Shown here: piece by piece, positions 49,406-58,446 of the stretch
How the letters are laid out: the number at the start of each line of letters is the position of its first letter
Numbering within the stretch: the stretch's first letter is position 1
NCBI GenBank assembly: GCA_016867315.1
Contig: VGJV01000003.1
Location: forward strand, 27,429-91,428
DNA length: 64,000 bases
Direction of reading: 5' to 3'
From: Candidatus Liptonbacteria bacterium
GTDB lineage: Bacteria; Patescibacteriota; Minisyncoccia; UBA6257; 2-01-FULL-56-20
Translations under genes and position numbers: made by a program
Notes under the pieces: generated by a model
What the model was told of the DNA's origin: nothing
The model's database searches: none
The model's input: only the letters and a program-made list of their open reading frames with translations

Positions 49406-51160
49406 ATGAATCTCATAATGAACAATCAAATAAAAAGCTGTCAAAACTGCAAAAAAGACTTTGTGATTGCCCCGGAGGACTTTCAATTTTACGAACGTAT
49501 AAAAGTTCCGGCGCCGACGTTCTGTCCCGATTGTCGTCTCCAAAGACGCATGGCTTTCAGGAACGAACGAAGTTTATATAAAAACATTTGCGCACTTTGC
49601 AAAAAACAGTTTGTTTCGATGTATTCGCCAGACAAACCCTTTATAGTCTACTGCAAAGAATGTTGGTATTCGGATAACTGGGATCCGCTGCAATATGGTC
49701 AGGATTATGATTGGGATAAACCTTTCTTCGAACAGTTTCGGGAATTGATGCTTAAAGTTCCCAGAATCGGGATCATGCACATTCGCAACAATATCAATGC
49801 CGATTATGCGAACTATATCTCCGCAAGCAAGAATATTTATCTTTCTCAGTCCGTTATAGAAGGCTCAGAAAATATTTACTACTCTCGAAGTATAGATCGA
49901 AGCAAAGAAATCTTTGATTGTTTTAATGTCAAAGATTCCGAACGATGCTATGAAAATGTGGATGGTGGGAGAAATTATCGCTCGAAATTTCTGGTACGAT
50001 CGCGGGATTGCATTGATTCCGCATTTCTTTTCGACTGCGTGAACTGTCAGAACTGCATAATGAGCGCGAATCTGCGCAATCGGCAATATGTAATCCGCGG
50101 GAAACAATATTCAAAAGAGGAATATGCCACAGCCTTGGAGAAAATCGAATTCGGTAAACAAAGCGAAATTGAAAAATTAAAACAGGAATTCGAAAATGTG
50201 ATGGAAAAAGCCCTGCATAAATTCGCTAATATCACCAAATCAGTAACCTCAACGGGAGATAATATCGATAATTCTAAAAATGCGGCTTACCTCTTTGACG
50301 CATATAACTGCGAGAATGTGCGGTACGCGGCTAGGGCAATAGGATGTAAAGACTCCTACGATATCATGGGAGGGGCAAATCTCGAACTTGTATATGAACA
50401 GATGGCTGGTGGTTACGGAAGCAGAAACTCCTTAGCGTTAAGTCATGGGGAAGTGACGCTTGAGAGTAACTACACAGACTGGTGTCAAAGTTCCTCAAAT
50501 CTTTTCGGTTGCATATCACTTCGAAAGAAACAGTATTGTATTTTGAATAAGCAATATTCAGAGAAGGAATATAAGGAGTTCTATCCAAAGATTATCGAGC
50601 ATATGAATACAATGCCTTTCGAAGATAGAATGGGAAGAATGTACCGTTACGGAGAATTTTTCCCAATTGAGATTAGCCCATTCGCTTATAACGAGACGAT
50701 CGCAGAAGAATATTTCCTCCTCGCGAAGGAAGAAATTATGAAAAAAGGTTATACGTGGAGAGAACTCGATCCACTTCCGTACGTGCCCACTGTAAAGGGA
50801 AAAGATTTACCCGACGATATTGCGAATGTGGAAAATTCAGCAACCAAAGAATTGATAGAATGCGAAAATTGCAAACGAGTGTATCGAATAGTACAGCCGG
50901 AACTTGAATTTCTTCGGCGCGAACAAATTCCCTTACCGAGAACTTGCCAAGAATGCCGACACGCAAAAAGATTGACTCTCCGCAATCCCCTTAAATTATG
51001 GTCTCGAAAATGTATGTGTGACTATAAGGTATGGAAGAACACTGCGAAGCATGTCCATCATCCGGAAGATCGATGTTCAAACGAATTCGAAACGAGTTAT
51101 TCTCCAGAAAGGCCGGAGGTAATATATTGTGAGCAATGCTATCAAGCAGAAATTAGCTAG
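49406..51160 (+). CDS. Cys-rich zinc-ribbon/solenoid protein, paralog 5
   Basis: Family framework; start may be 49418. Confidence 0.9.
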   Translation: MNLIMNNQIKSCQNCKKDFVIAPEDFQFYERIKVPAPTFCPDCRLQRRMAFRNERSLYKNICALCKKQFVSMYSPDKPFIVYCKECWYSDNWDPLQYGQDYDWDKPFFEQFRELMLKVPRIGIMHIRNNINADYANYISASKNIYLSQSVIEGSENIYYSRSIDRSKEIFDCFNVKDSERCYENVDGGRNYRSKFLVRSRDCIDSAFLFDCVNCQNCIMSANLRNRQYVIRGKQYSKEEYATALEKIEFGKQSEIEKLKQEFENVMEKALHKFANITKSVTSTGDNIDNSKNAAYLFDAYNCENVRYAARAIGCKDSYDIMGGANLELVYEQMAGGYGSRNSLALSHGEVTLESNYTDWCQSSSNLFGCISLRKKQYCILNKQYSEKEYKEFYPKIIEHMNTMPFEDRMGRMYRYGEFFPIEISPFAYNETIAEEYFLLAKEEIMKKGYTWRELDPLPYVPTVKGKDLPDDIANVENSATKELIECENCKRVYRIVQPELEFLRREQIPLPRTCQECRHAKRLTLRNPLKLWSRKCMCDYKVWKNTAKHVHHPEDRCSNEFETSYSPERPEVIYCEQCYQAEIS

Positions 51161-51221
51161 CGATTTATGAAATAAGATTTATGATTTAAGAATCATACAT
51201 AAATCCTGAATCGTAAAATCA

Positions 51222-51518
51222 ATGCATTTCCGAATCGACAACGTAGGCGATAATATGAACACCGTCATGCGCCGGATAGGGTACACGCCCATCCGGTGGA
51301 CGGAAAAAGGGGAGTTGAACTGCGTCCGGCCGCTTCAAGGGCAGGACTACCCTCGTTTTCATGCGTATGTAAAAGAAGAACGCTTCACGCTAATTTTCAG
51401 CCTTCACCTGGATCAAAAGCGTCCTTCCTACGGCAATGAAACCGCACACAGTGGCGAGTATGAAGGAGAAATAATTCAAGAAGAAGCACGGAGGATTCAA
51501 AAGATCTTGAGCTTCTAG
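51222..51518 (+). CDS. small hypothetical protein inside the paralog array
   Basis: 98 aa, YPRFH..LHLDQK.PSY..AHSGEY; ends 3 nt before the next paralog. Confidence 0.7.
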   Translation: MHFRIDNVGDNMNTVMRRIGYTPIRWTEKGELNCVRPLQGQDYPRFHAYVKEERFTLIFSLHLDQKRPSYGNETAHSGEYEGEIIQEEARRIQKILSF

Positions 51519-51521
51519 AAA

Positions 51522-53309
51522 ATGGAGAACAGAATTTCAGAAAATCGGGATTGCCAAAATTGCAAACAGCAATTCACGATCGCTCCGGAAGATTTCGCAT
51601 TCTACGAAAAAATCCAGGTTCCACCGCCCACGTGGTGTCCGCGCTGCCGCAACATCCGACGGATGGCTTGGAGAGAAGAGGGCCATGCACTCTATCGGGA
51701 CACGTGCAAGCTTTGCGGCAAAAATATTATCACCATTCATGCGCCGGGACCGTTTACGATATATTGCCGAGAATGTTACAGGTCGGATAAATGGGACCCG
51801 TTGAGTTATGGGAAAGAATACGATTTTAGCATGCCCTTTTTCGCTCAATACCGGAAACTCATGGAAGAAGTGCCTCGACCGGCCCTCACCGGAATAAATA
51901 TCGTAAACAGCGAATTTACGCACGGCTGCAAGGGCGTAAAAAACTGTTATTTCTGTTTCATGAGCTATTTTTCCGAAGACTCGCAGCATAGTTATTTACT
52001 TCTTCTCTCTCGCCACGCGTATGATTCATACGTAACTGATAACTCAGACCAAGTGTACGAAACTCTCCATTCGAACCGGCTTTATAAGGTCGCGTTTGGA
52101 TACTTTGCAGATGACTGCTTAGAGTCCACATTTTTATATGATTGCATAGGCTGTTCGGATTGCTTCGGTTGTGTAAATCTCCGCAAACAAAAATATTGCC
52201 TTTGGAATAAACAACTTTCAAAGGAGGAGTATCGAAAACAAAAAGAATATTGGGATCTTGGGAGTTTTACTCGGTTAGAGGAAGCAAAGAAGAAGTTTCG
52301 GGAATTATATCTCTCGCTTCCGCATAAATATGCGCATGTAGTAAGCAGCCAAAATGCCACCGGAGATATTATCAGAGATACAAAAGACTGTGAGAAATGT
52401 TTTTCCGCCCTTGATGGCGTGCAAAATTGCAAATATGTCTATGTGGGGGGATTGAATTTAAAAGATAGCTACGATGTGAGCGGAGGAGGGGATACTGCCT
52501 CTCTTCTCTACGAGATTCTTGGTACAACGGAAGCACAGCGCTGCTTTTTTGCGAACGGCAGTTCCGGTTCGCAGGATATTATGTATTGCGATTGGGTAAA
52601 TGATTCCTCTCACGTTCTTGGAAGTATTGCCTTGAAACATAAAAAGTATTGCATCTTGAATAAGCAATATGAGAAGGAGGAGTATGCCCAAATGAAGGCC
52701 AAAATAATCGAGCATATGCACTCGATGCCATATGTGGACAAAAAAGGACGAGTCTATAAATTTGGAGAATATTTTCCCACCGAGCTTTCCGCATATGGAT
52801 ATAATGAAACATTCGGATTCTTCTGGTACCCCAAAACCAAAGAAGAAGTTCTAGAAGAAGGATGGAACTGGCATGATCCTCAGAAAAAGTCTTATGAGGT
52901 GACATTGAGACTCGAGGACATCCCTGACCATATTAGAGACATTCCCGATTCCATACTCAAAGAAACCATTGAGTGCGCACATGGAGGAGCGTGCAACGAA
53001 CAATGTACCACCGCGTTTCGGATCACTCCCGAGGAACTCGCCTTTTATAGAGACATGCGGATTGCCCTGCCTAGACTTTGCCCCAATTGCAGAAACTTCC
53101 AAAGAATTCACTGGCGAAATGGCTATGATTTATTTAAACGGAAATGCATGTGCGTCGGCATGCAGAATAAGGATGAGAATAAGTATAAAAATACTGCATC
53201 TCACTTTCATGGAGATGGCTTTTGCCCCAACGAATTCGAAACCACCTTCTCTCCTAAGCAACCGGAAATAATATATTGCGAAGCATGCTACCGCCAAGAA
53301 TTTATATAG
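51522..53309 (+). CDS. Cys-rich zinc-ribbon/solenoid protein, paralog 6
   Basis: Family framework with the CAHxGxCNEQCTTAF variant. Confidence 0.9.
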   Translation: MENRISENRDCQNCKQQFTIAPEDFAFYEKIQVPPPTWCPRCRNIRRMAWREEGHALYRDTCKLCGKNIITIHAPGPFTIYCRECYRSDKWDPLSYGKEYDFSMPFFAQYRKLMEEVPRPALTGINIVNSEFTHGCKGVKNCYFCFMSYFSEDSQHSYLLLLSRHAYDSYVTDNSDQVYETLHSNRLYKVAFGYFADDCLESTFLYDCIGCSDCFGCVNLRKQKYCLWNKQLSKEEYRKQKEYWDLGSFTRLEEAKKKFRELYLSLPHKYAHVVSSQNATGDIIRDTKDCEKCFSALDGVQNCKYVYVGGLNLKDSYDVSGGGDTASLLYEILGTTEAQRCFFANGSSGSQDIMYCDWVNDSSHVLGSIALKHKKYCILNKQYEKEEYAQMKAKIIEHMHSMPYVDKKGRVYKFGEYFPTELSAYGYNETFGFFWYPKTKEEVLEEGWNWHDPQKKSYEVTLRLEDIPDHIRDIPDSILKETIECAHGGACNEQCTTAFRITPEELAFYRDMRIALPRLCPNCRNFQRIHWRNGYDLFKRKCMCVGMQNKDENKYKNTASHFHGDGFCPNEFETTFSPKQPEIIYCEACYRQEFI

Positions 53310-53317
53310 CAAGCATG

Positions 53318-53352
53318 CGAAGTCCCGCCGTAGCTTTAGCGAAGGAGGATGA
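53318..53352. repeat. 35-bp REP-like repeat, copy 2
   Basis: cgaagtcccgccgtagctttagcgaaggaggatga. Confidence 0.8.
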
Positions 53353-53590
53353 TGCCTGTTATAAAGCCGAATTTCTATAGATGAATAATTTTTTCTGGCG
53401 TCTTAGGAAATATAAATATCTTCTGCGAATCCTCTGGCAACAGGTAATGTTCAGACTAAAGATAGTTATTCGGAAACTATTTAAATAGGCGTCTGTGGCG
53501 ATACATAACATCAAACATCCCTACAAAAAGGTGGCTCCAACTGCCCCGTTGTGGCATAATTTGGAAAGCGCAGACGCGCAACCCAAAAAA

Positions 53591-55477
53591 ATGGGCTTCG
53601 AACCAGAGAAAGACGTCATCTATTTCGGCCGTACCGATTTCCGGAACACCAACCGGCTTTTTGGCATCAAAAGGAATGATCGCCGTCAACATGTCTACGT
53701 TGTCGGTAAAACCGGTACCGGTAAAAGTGTTCTTTTGAATAATATGATTGTGCAGGATATGGCGAACGGCGAAGGACTTGCCGTCGTCGATCCGCACGGA
53801 GAATTGGTGGAAGGGATCTTGGAAAAAGTCCCCGAGGATCGCATTGATGATGTAATTTATTTCAACCCGGCGGATATCGACTCTCATATTGGTTTTAATG
53901 TACTCGAACTTCCCGATCCGAAATACAAACACCTGGTGGCTTCGGGACTCATGGGCATTTTCACTAAGATTTGGGAGAATGTCTGGTCTGCAAGAATGGA
54001 ATATATCATGAATAACGCCATATTGGCGTTGTTGGATACTCCCGGTTCCACACTTTTAGGAATCACGAGAATTCTCGTAGACAAAGATTACCGACAGCAG
54101 ATCATTGCAAACATCAAAGACCCGGTGGTAAAGGCGTTCTGGGTTCATGAATATGAAACATGGCGTGACCAGTTCCGAAACGAAGCTATTGCTCCGATTC
54201 AAAACAAAGTAGGGCAGTTCCTTTCGACCGCACTCGTACGAAATATTGTGGGGCAGCAGCGGAGCACGATCGATATTTTCAATCTCATGAACGAAGGGAA
54301 AATATTTCTCATAAACGTCTCTAAGGGAAGAATCGGGGAAGATAACTCTGCGCTTTTGGGAGCCATGCTCATCACAAAGATGCAGCTTTCTGCAATGGAA
54401 CGTATCCGCGTACCCGAAGAAGAACGCGTGGATTTCTTCCTTTATGTCGACGAGTTTCAGAATTTTGCGACTGATTCATTTGCTGGGATATTGTCCGAAG
54501 CCAGAAAATATCGCTTGGATCTTATCCTCGCACATCAATACATAGGACAATTAGTAACTGATGTCTCGACTAAAGTGCGGGATGCGATCTTCGGAAACGT
54601 AGGAACGATGATCATCTTCCGTGTGGGCGCGACCGATGCGGAATTTTTGGAAAAAGAATTTGAGCCGGAATTCACTCCTCAAGATATAGTAAACCTCCCG
54701 AACTACGCGATTTACTTGAAGCTTATGGTGGATGGAGTAACCTCAAGACCTTTTTCAGCCTCGACACTTCCTCCTTTTAAGGTGGCGACCTCCGAAATGA
54801 CGAAGGAAATGATTATTAAAAACTCGCAAAAGCGATATGCGAGGCCCAGGGGAGTGGTAGAGGAAGAAATAAACCGATGGAGTGGCGTAATGACTACCGC
54901 AGAAGGTGCCCCCACGCTTCCCACGCAAAGTAAGGAGGGCGCATATCTCGCGACGTGCTCTTCCTGCGGTAAAACCACTACGGTTCCATTTGCTCCGGAT
55001 CCATCACGCCCAATTTACTGTAAAGACTGTCTGAATCGCGTGAAGGCCGGAGAGGTATTGCCAGTAAAACTCATGCCAAGATCGAAAAAAGTTCGGGATT
55101 CTTCGAAAGATGCGCTCGCAGCGGTAGGTATCGAATTTGCAGTAGAACCCAAGAGCGAAGAAGAGGTAGAAGAAGAAACCACTCCTGAGGCAGAAACCGA
55201 AGAGGCTGCCGCAACCACTCCTGCTGAAATTACAAAAGCCGAACAAGAAACAGAAAAATCGGAAGAAGCAGCGGAATCTACCCCCGAAGAAACCGCTCCG
55301 AAAGCCGAAGAGGCCAAACCGCAAACGAAAGGAATTTCGCTTTCTGAACTCAAACCCCCGAAGAAGACTCCAAAAATGAAAGAGCGCACTGCTCCGGAAA
55401 TAGATGTGGAGGAATTACGCAAATCCATCGCGGCTTCCCTTGATCAAATTTTAAGCAAAGACGAAGAGAAAAAATGA
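53591..55477 (+). CDS. VirD4/TraG-like ATPase with C-terminal CxxC-x17-CxxC zinc ribbon and acidic low-complexity tail
   Basis: GKTGTGKS, VDPHGE, LYVDEFQNF, SEARKY; CSSC-17-CKDC; Glu/Thr/Ala-rich tail; start could be 53495. Confidence 0.9.
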   Translation: MGFEPEKDVIYFGRTDFRNTNRLFGIKRNDRRQHVYVVGKTGTGKSVLLNNMIVQDMANGEGLAVVDPHGELVEGILEKVPEDRIDDVIYFNPADIDSHIGFNVLELPDPKYKHLVASGLMGIFTKIWENVWSARMEYIMNNAILALLDTPGSTLLGITRILVDKDYRQQIIANIKDPVVKAFWVHEYETWRDQFRNEAIAPIQNKVGQFLSTALVRNIVGQQRSTIDIFNLMNEGKIFLINVSKGRIGEDNSALLGAMLITKMQLSAMERIRVPEEERVDFFLYVDEFQNFATDSFAGILSEARKYRLDLILAHQYIGQLVTDVSTKVRDAIFGNVGTMIIFRVGATDAEFLEKEFEPEFTPQDIVNLPNYAIYLKLMVDGVTSRPFSASTLPPFKVATSEMTKEMIIKNSQKRYARPRGVVEEEINRWSGVMTTAEGAPTLPTQSKEGAYLATCSSCGKTTTVPFAPDPSRPIYCKDCLNRVKAGEVLPVKLMPRSKKVRDSSKDALAAVGIEFAVEPKSEEEVEEETTPEAETEEAAATTPAEITKAEQETEKSEEAAESTPEETAPKAEEAKPQTKGISLSELKPPKKTPKMKERTAPEIDVEELRKSIAASLDQILSKDEEKK

Positions 55478-56148
55478 GATTTGATATTCTCTCGATTTTC
55501 CCCGACATATTTTCCTCGTATGTAAGCGAGTCGCTCTTTGCGCGGGCAATAAAGAAGAGTCTTCTCCAAATCAAAATTCATGACCTCCGCAAATGGAGTA
55601 GAGAGCGACATCGCAAGGTAGATGATCGTCCTTTCGGAGGCGGACCGGGAATGGTATTCCAGGTGGAACCAATACATCGAGCCGTCGAAGCGATTCAGCG
55701 CCAAACAAAAAAATTAAAGCGTCGGCGGATAATTCTTTTTTCCACTCGAGGTAAAAAGCTGGATGCAAACACTGCGAAGCGTCTTTCGAAATATGATCAG
55801 CTTACGCTCATCTGCGGCCGCTATGAGGGAGTGGACGAAAGAGTGGCCGACCACATTGCCGATGAAGAAATCTCAATAGGGGATTATGTACTCTCCGGAG
55901 GAGAGCTTCCTGCGCTGGTACTCATGGAGGCGATAAGCCGTTTCAAAAAAGGATTTCTTGGCACCCGCGAGTCTCTCGAAGAAATAAAAGGTTTCTATCC
56001 CGTATACACCCGTCCCGCCTCATTTACTCCTAAATCCGGCAAGCGCTCCTGGAAAGTACCCGAGGTGCTCCTCCGTGGTAACCATGCCGCAATCGATGTC
56101 TGGCGCCGAAAATACGGCGAAGATGCAAGTAGGAGAATACACGCTTAA
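55474..56148 (+). CDS. trmD: tRNA (guanine-N1)-methyltransferase
   Basis: VDDRPFGGGPGM, CGRYEGVDER, SIGDYVLSGGE, YTRP. Confidence 0.97.
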   Translation: MRFDILSIFPDIFSSYVSESLFARAIKKSLLQIKIHDLRKWSRERHRKVDDRPFGGGPGMVFQVEPIHRAVEAIQRQTKKLKRRRIILFSTRGKKLDANTAKRLSKYDQLTLICGRYEGVDERVADHIADEEISIGDYVLSGGELPALVLMEAISRFKKGFLGTRESLEEIKGFYPVYTRPASFTPKSGKRSWKVPEVLLRGNHAAIDVWRRKYGEDASRRIHA

Positions 56149-57553
56149 GCTTCTGCTTGGTTTTCTGACTGGAGCTGCGGTGGCTGCTTTTGGCATACCC
56201 ACCGAAGGAATAGTAATCGGAGGACTTCTTGCGATAATCTGGGTTCAGTATTTCAAACAAATAAAATTAGTGATGCTCTGCCTCGCCGGCGGAGCTTTTA
56301 TTTTTGGGATTCTTTATTTCCATCTCTACGCGCAGGGGAGTGTAACATTCTTGCGCCTCCCTCAAGATTCTCCGGCAACTTTCGAAGGATTGGTGGTTGA
56401 AGAGCCGAGAAACGCGAATCGCTTTGCTAGATTTACCATAGAGCTTCAGGAACCTTATCGAGGAAAAATAGGAGTCATAGATGAAGCTTCGGGAATTCAA
56501 TACGGAGATGTACTTCGTCTAGAAGGCAGAATCCGGATTGAAAATGGAGAGATTATAGCTAAATTTCCCAAAACAGAACGTCTCGCGCGCAATAAAGGAC
56601 ATTGGCTGAAGGAACAGCTTCTCGCAGTAAAGAGGGGAGTAATCCAAAGTTTTGAGCGCGCGCTTCCGCCCGACGAGGCCGCTCTTCTCTCCGGCATCAC
56701 GCTCGGCGCCCGAAGCTCCTTTTCTCCAAAACTTAAAGAGGATATGGCAATTTCAGGGACTATTCACATTGTCGCAGTCTCAGGCTACAACATAAGCATT
56801 CTCGCGATTGTATTGGGGAGCGCTGCGGCCCTTTTTATGAGAAGGCGCATCGCAATTTGGGTCGCAGTGATAGGAATATTGCTCTTCGTGGGAATCGTAG
56901 GAAGCGAAGCTTCGGTGGTGCGAGCAGCCATTATGGGAATACTCGGCCTCCTCGCGGAAGGCACGGGGCGACCGAACAATCAGGCCTATGCCATTGCGCT
57001 TGCCGCTTCACTCATGGTGGCATGGGACCCCACTATCATCCGCAACGACCTGGGTTTTATGCTTTCCTTTTTAAGCCTCTTAGGAGTGACATACCTCTCT
57101 CCCGCGCTTCAATCGCTTTGGAGAAATGCAAAAGATAAAGGTTTTTTCGCCTGGAAGGAAAACTTGGATACCACGCTCGGAGCGCAACTGGGCGTCTTGC
57201 CGGTGCTCCTCCTCACCTTCGGGAGCGTCTCCGCCACTTCGCTCCTCGCGAATATTCTAATAATTCCCTTAATTCCCATTACTATGGGAGTGGGATTTCT
57301 TTTAGGAATTATCCAATGGCTTTCTCCCTTGCTTGCGTTCCCGGTTACAGAAATAGCAAGATTGCTTACCGGCTATGAAATATGGGTAATTCAATTTTTT
57401 GCGGATACGGCGATCCCAATCGGAAATTTCTTTGCCTACCCGGTAGTCATAATCGCATATTATCTCTTCTTCGCTGCGTTTATCGCATATCGGAATAAAA
57501 AAGGTGAAATAAAACTCACCGAACCCTCTGCAATAAAAAATCTATGGTCCTAA
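56123..57553 (+). CDS. comEC: ComEC/Rec2 competence membrane domain
   Basis: GTIHIVAVSGYN, SVVRAAIMG, GFMLSF, ANILI. Confidence 0.9.
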   Translation: MQVGEYTLKLLLGFLTGAAVAAFGIPTEGIVIGGLLAIIWVQYFKQIKLVMLCLAGGAFIFGILYFHLYAQGSVTFLRLPQDSPATFEGLVVEEPRNANRFARFTIELQEPYRGKIGVIDEASGIQYGDVLRLEGRIRIENGEIIAKFPKTERLARNKGHWLKEQLLAVKRGVIQSFERALPPDEAALLSGITLGARSSFSPKLKEDMAISGTIHIVAVSGYNISILAIVLGSAAALFMRRRIAIWVAVIGILLFVGIVGSEASVVRAAIMGILGLLAEGTGRPNNQAYAIALAASLMVAWDPTIIRNDLGFMLSFLSLLGVTYLSPALQSLWRNAKDKGFFAWKENLDTTLGAQLGVLPVLLLTFGSVSATSLLANILIIPLIPITMGVGFLLGIIQWLSPLLAFPVTEIARLLTGYEIWVIQFFADTAIPIGNFFAYPVVIIAYYLFFAAFIAYRNKKGEIKLTEPSAIKNLWS

Positions 57554-58431
57554 AAACCAATCTCCAAAAATTTCTGCTCCCGAGTATCGCCTCACTCCTT
57601 ATACTGAATGTGTTCGTATGGCACTCCGTATGGAAGGGGCTCCCGGATCAAAATCCTTCGCTCCATTTCCTGGATGTAGGTCAGGGAGATGCCACCCTCC
57701 TCAAGCTTCCGGGCAATATATCAATTTTGACAGATGCAGGTCCAGACCGAAAGGTAGTGCAGGCAGTAAATGAACTATTGGGTCTAGATCGGCGCTATAT
57801 TGATATAGGAATCATCACTCATCCACAGCGAGACCATTATGGAGGATTTATCGATCTACTCAAGCACTTCAAATTTGGAGCAATAATTACGAATGGGCGC
57901 AATGCGGATACGGGAAAAGAAGCGTGGCGGGAATTTTTAGCCACCATACAGTCTGAAAATATCCCGCATATCGTACTGCGGGCAGGAGATCGAATTCGCT
58001 ATGCGAATAATAAAATAGATTTTTTATCTCCCGGACCCAATCTTTTGAAAAGCAAGGAGTTAAATGACACCAGCTTTGTAAATCGAATCCAAACTCCGGC
58101 TTTTTCCGCGCTCCTCACGGGAGATATAGGCATAAAAGTGGAACAATTTCTCTTAAAATCGGGGATCTCTCTCAAAACCGACATCTTAAAAGTCGCGCAC
58201 CATGGGTCTAAGTTTTCTTCAAACAAAGTGTTTTTAAATGCGGCGAATCCACAGATTGCACTGATTGGAGTGGGCAAAAATTCATACGGCCATCCCACAA
58301 ATGAAGTACTGAGCAGACTGAGAGCTGCCTCAGTAGGGGCGGTTCTCCGAACCGATGAGCGAGGCACAGTGAGCATTATCCCGCAAGGCGAGAAGCTTCT
58401 CATTTTCACACACCGCGCCAAAGGAGAGTAG
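57544..58431 (+). CDS. ComEC-associated metallo-beta-lactamase-fold nuclease
   Basis: DVGQGDA, THPQRDHYGG, LTGD, KVAHHGS, YGHP, RTDERG. Confidence 0.9.
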   Translation: MVLKTNLQKFLLPSIASLLILNVFVWHSVWKGLPDQNPSLHFLDVGQGDATLLKLPGNISILTDAGPDRKVVQAVNELLGLDRRYIDIGIITHPQRDHYGGFIDLLKHFKFGAIITNGRNADTGKEAWREFLATIQSENIPHIVLRAGDRIRYANNKIDFLSPGPNLLKSKELNDTSFVNRIQTPAFSALLTGDIGIKVEQFLLKSGISLKTDILKVAHHGSKFSSNKVFLNAANPQIALIGVGKNSYGHPTNEVLSRLRAASVGAVLRTDERGTVSIIPQGEKLLIFTHRAKGE

Positions 58432-58446
58432 GGTATAATAAAGAAC

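Noticed and set aside
40566-53309. Diversity-generating retroelement acting on the paralogs
   Set aside because: No reverse transcriptase and no near-identical TR/VR pair with adenine-specific differences visible; paralogs diverge throughout
47623-53352. Integron attC cassette array
   Set aside because: Only two repeat copies, no RYYYAAC/GTTRRRY ends and no integrase in the window
53353-53590. Possible ncRNA upstream of the second ATPase
   Set aside because: Only short, weak stems seen; no recognisable family
36287-55477. Conjugative element or ICE
   Set aside because: No relaxase, integrase or mating-pair genes recognised; region is interleaved with cutA, pepA and trmD
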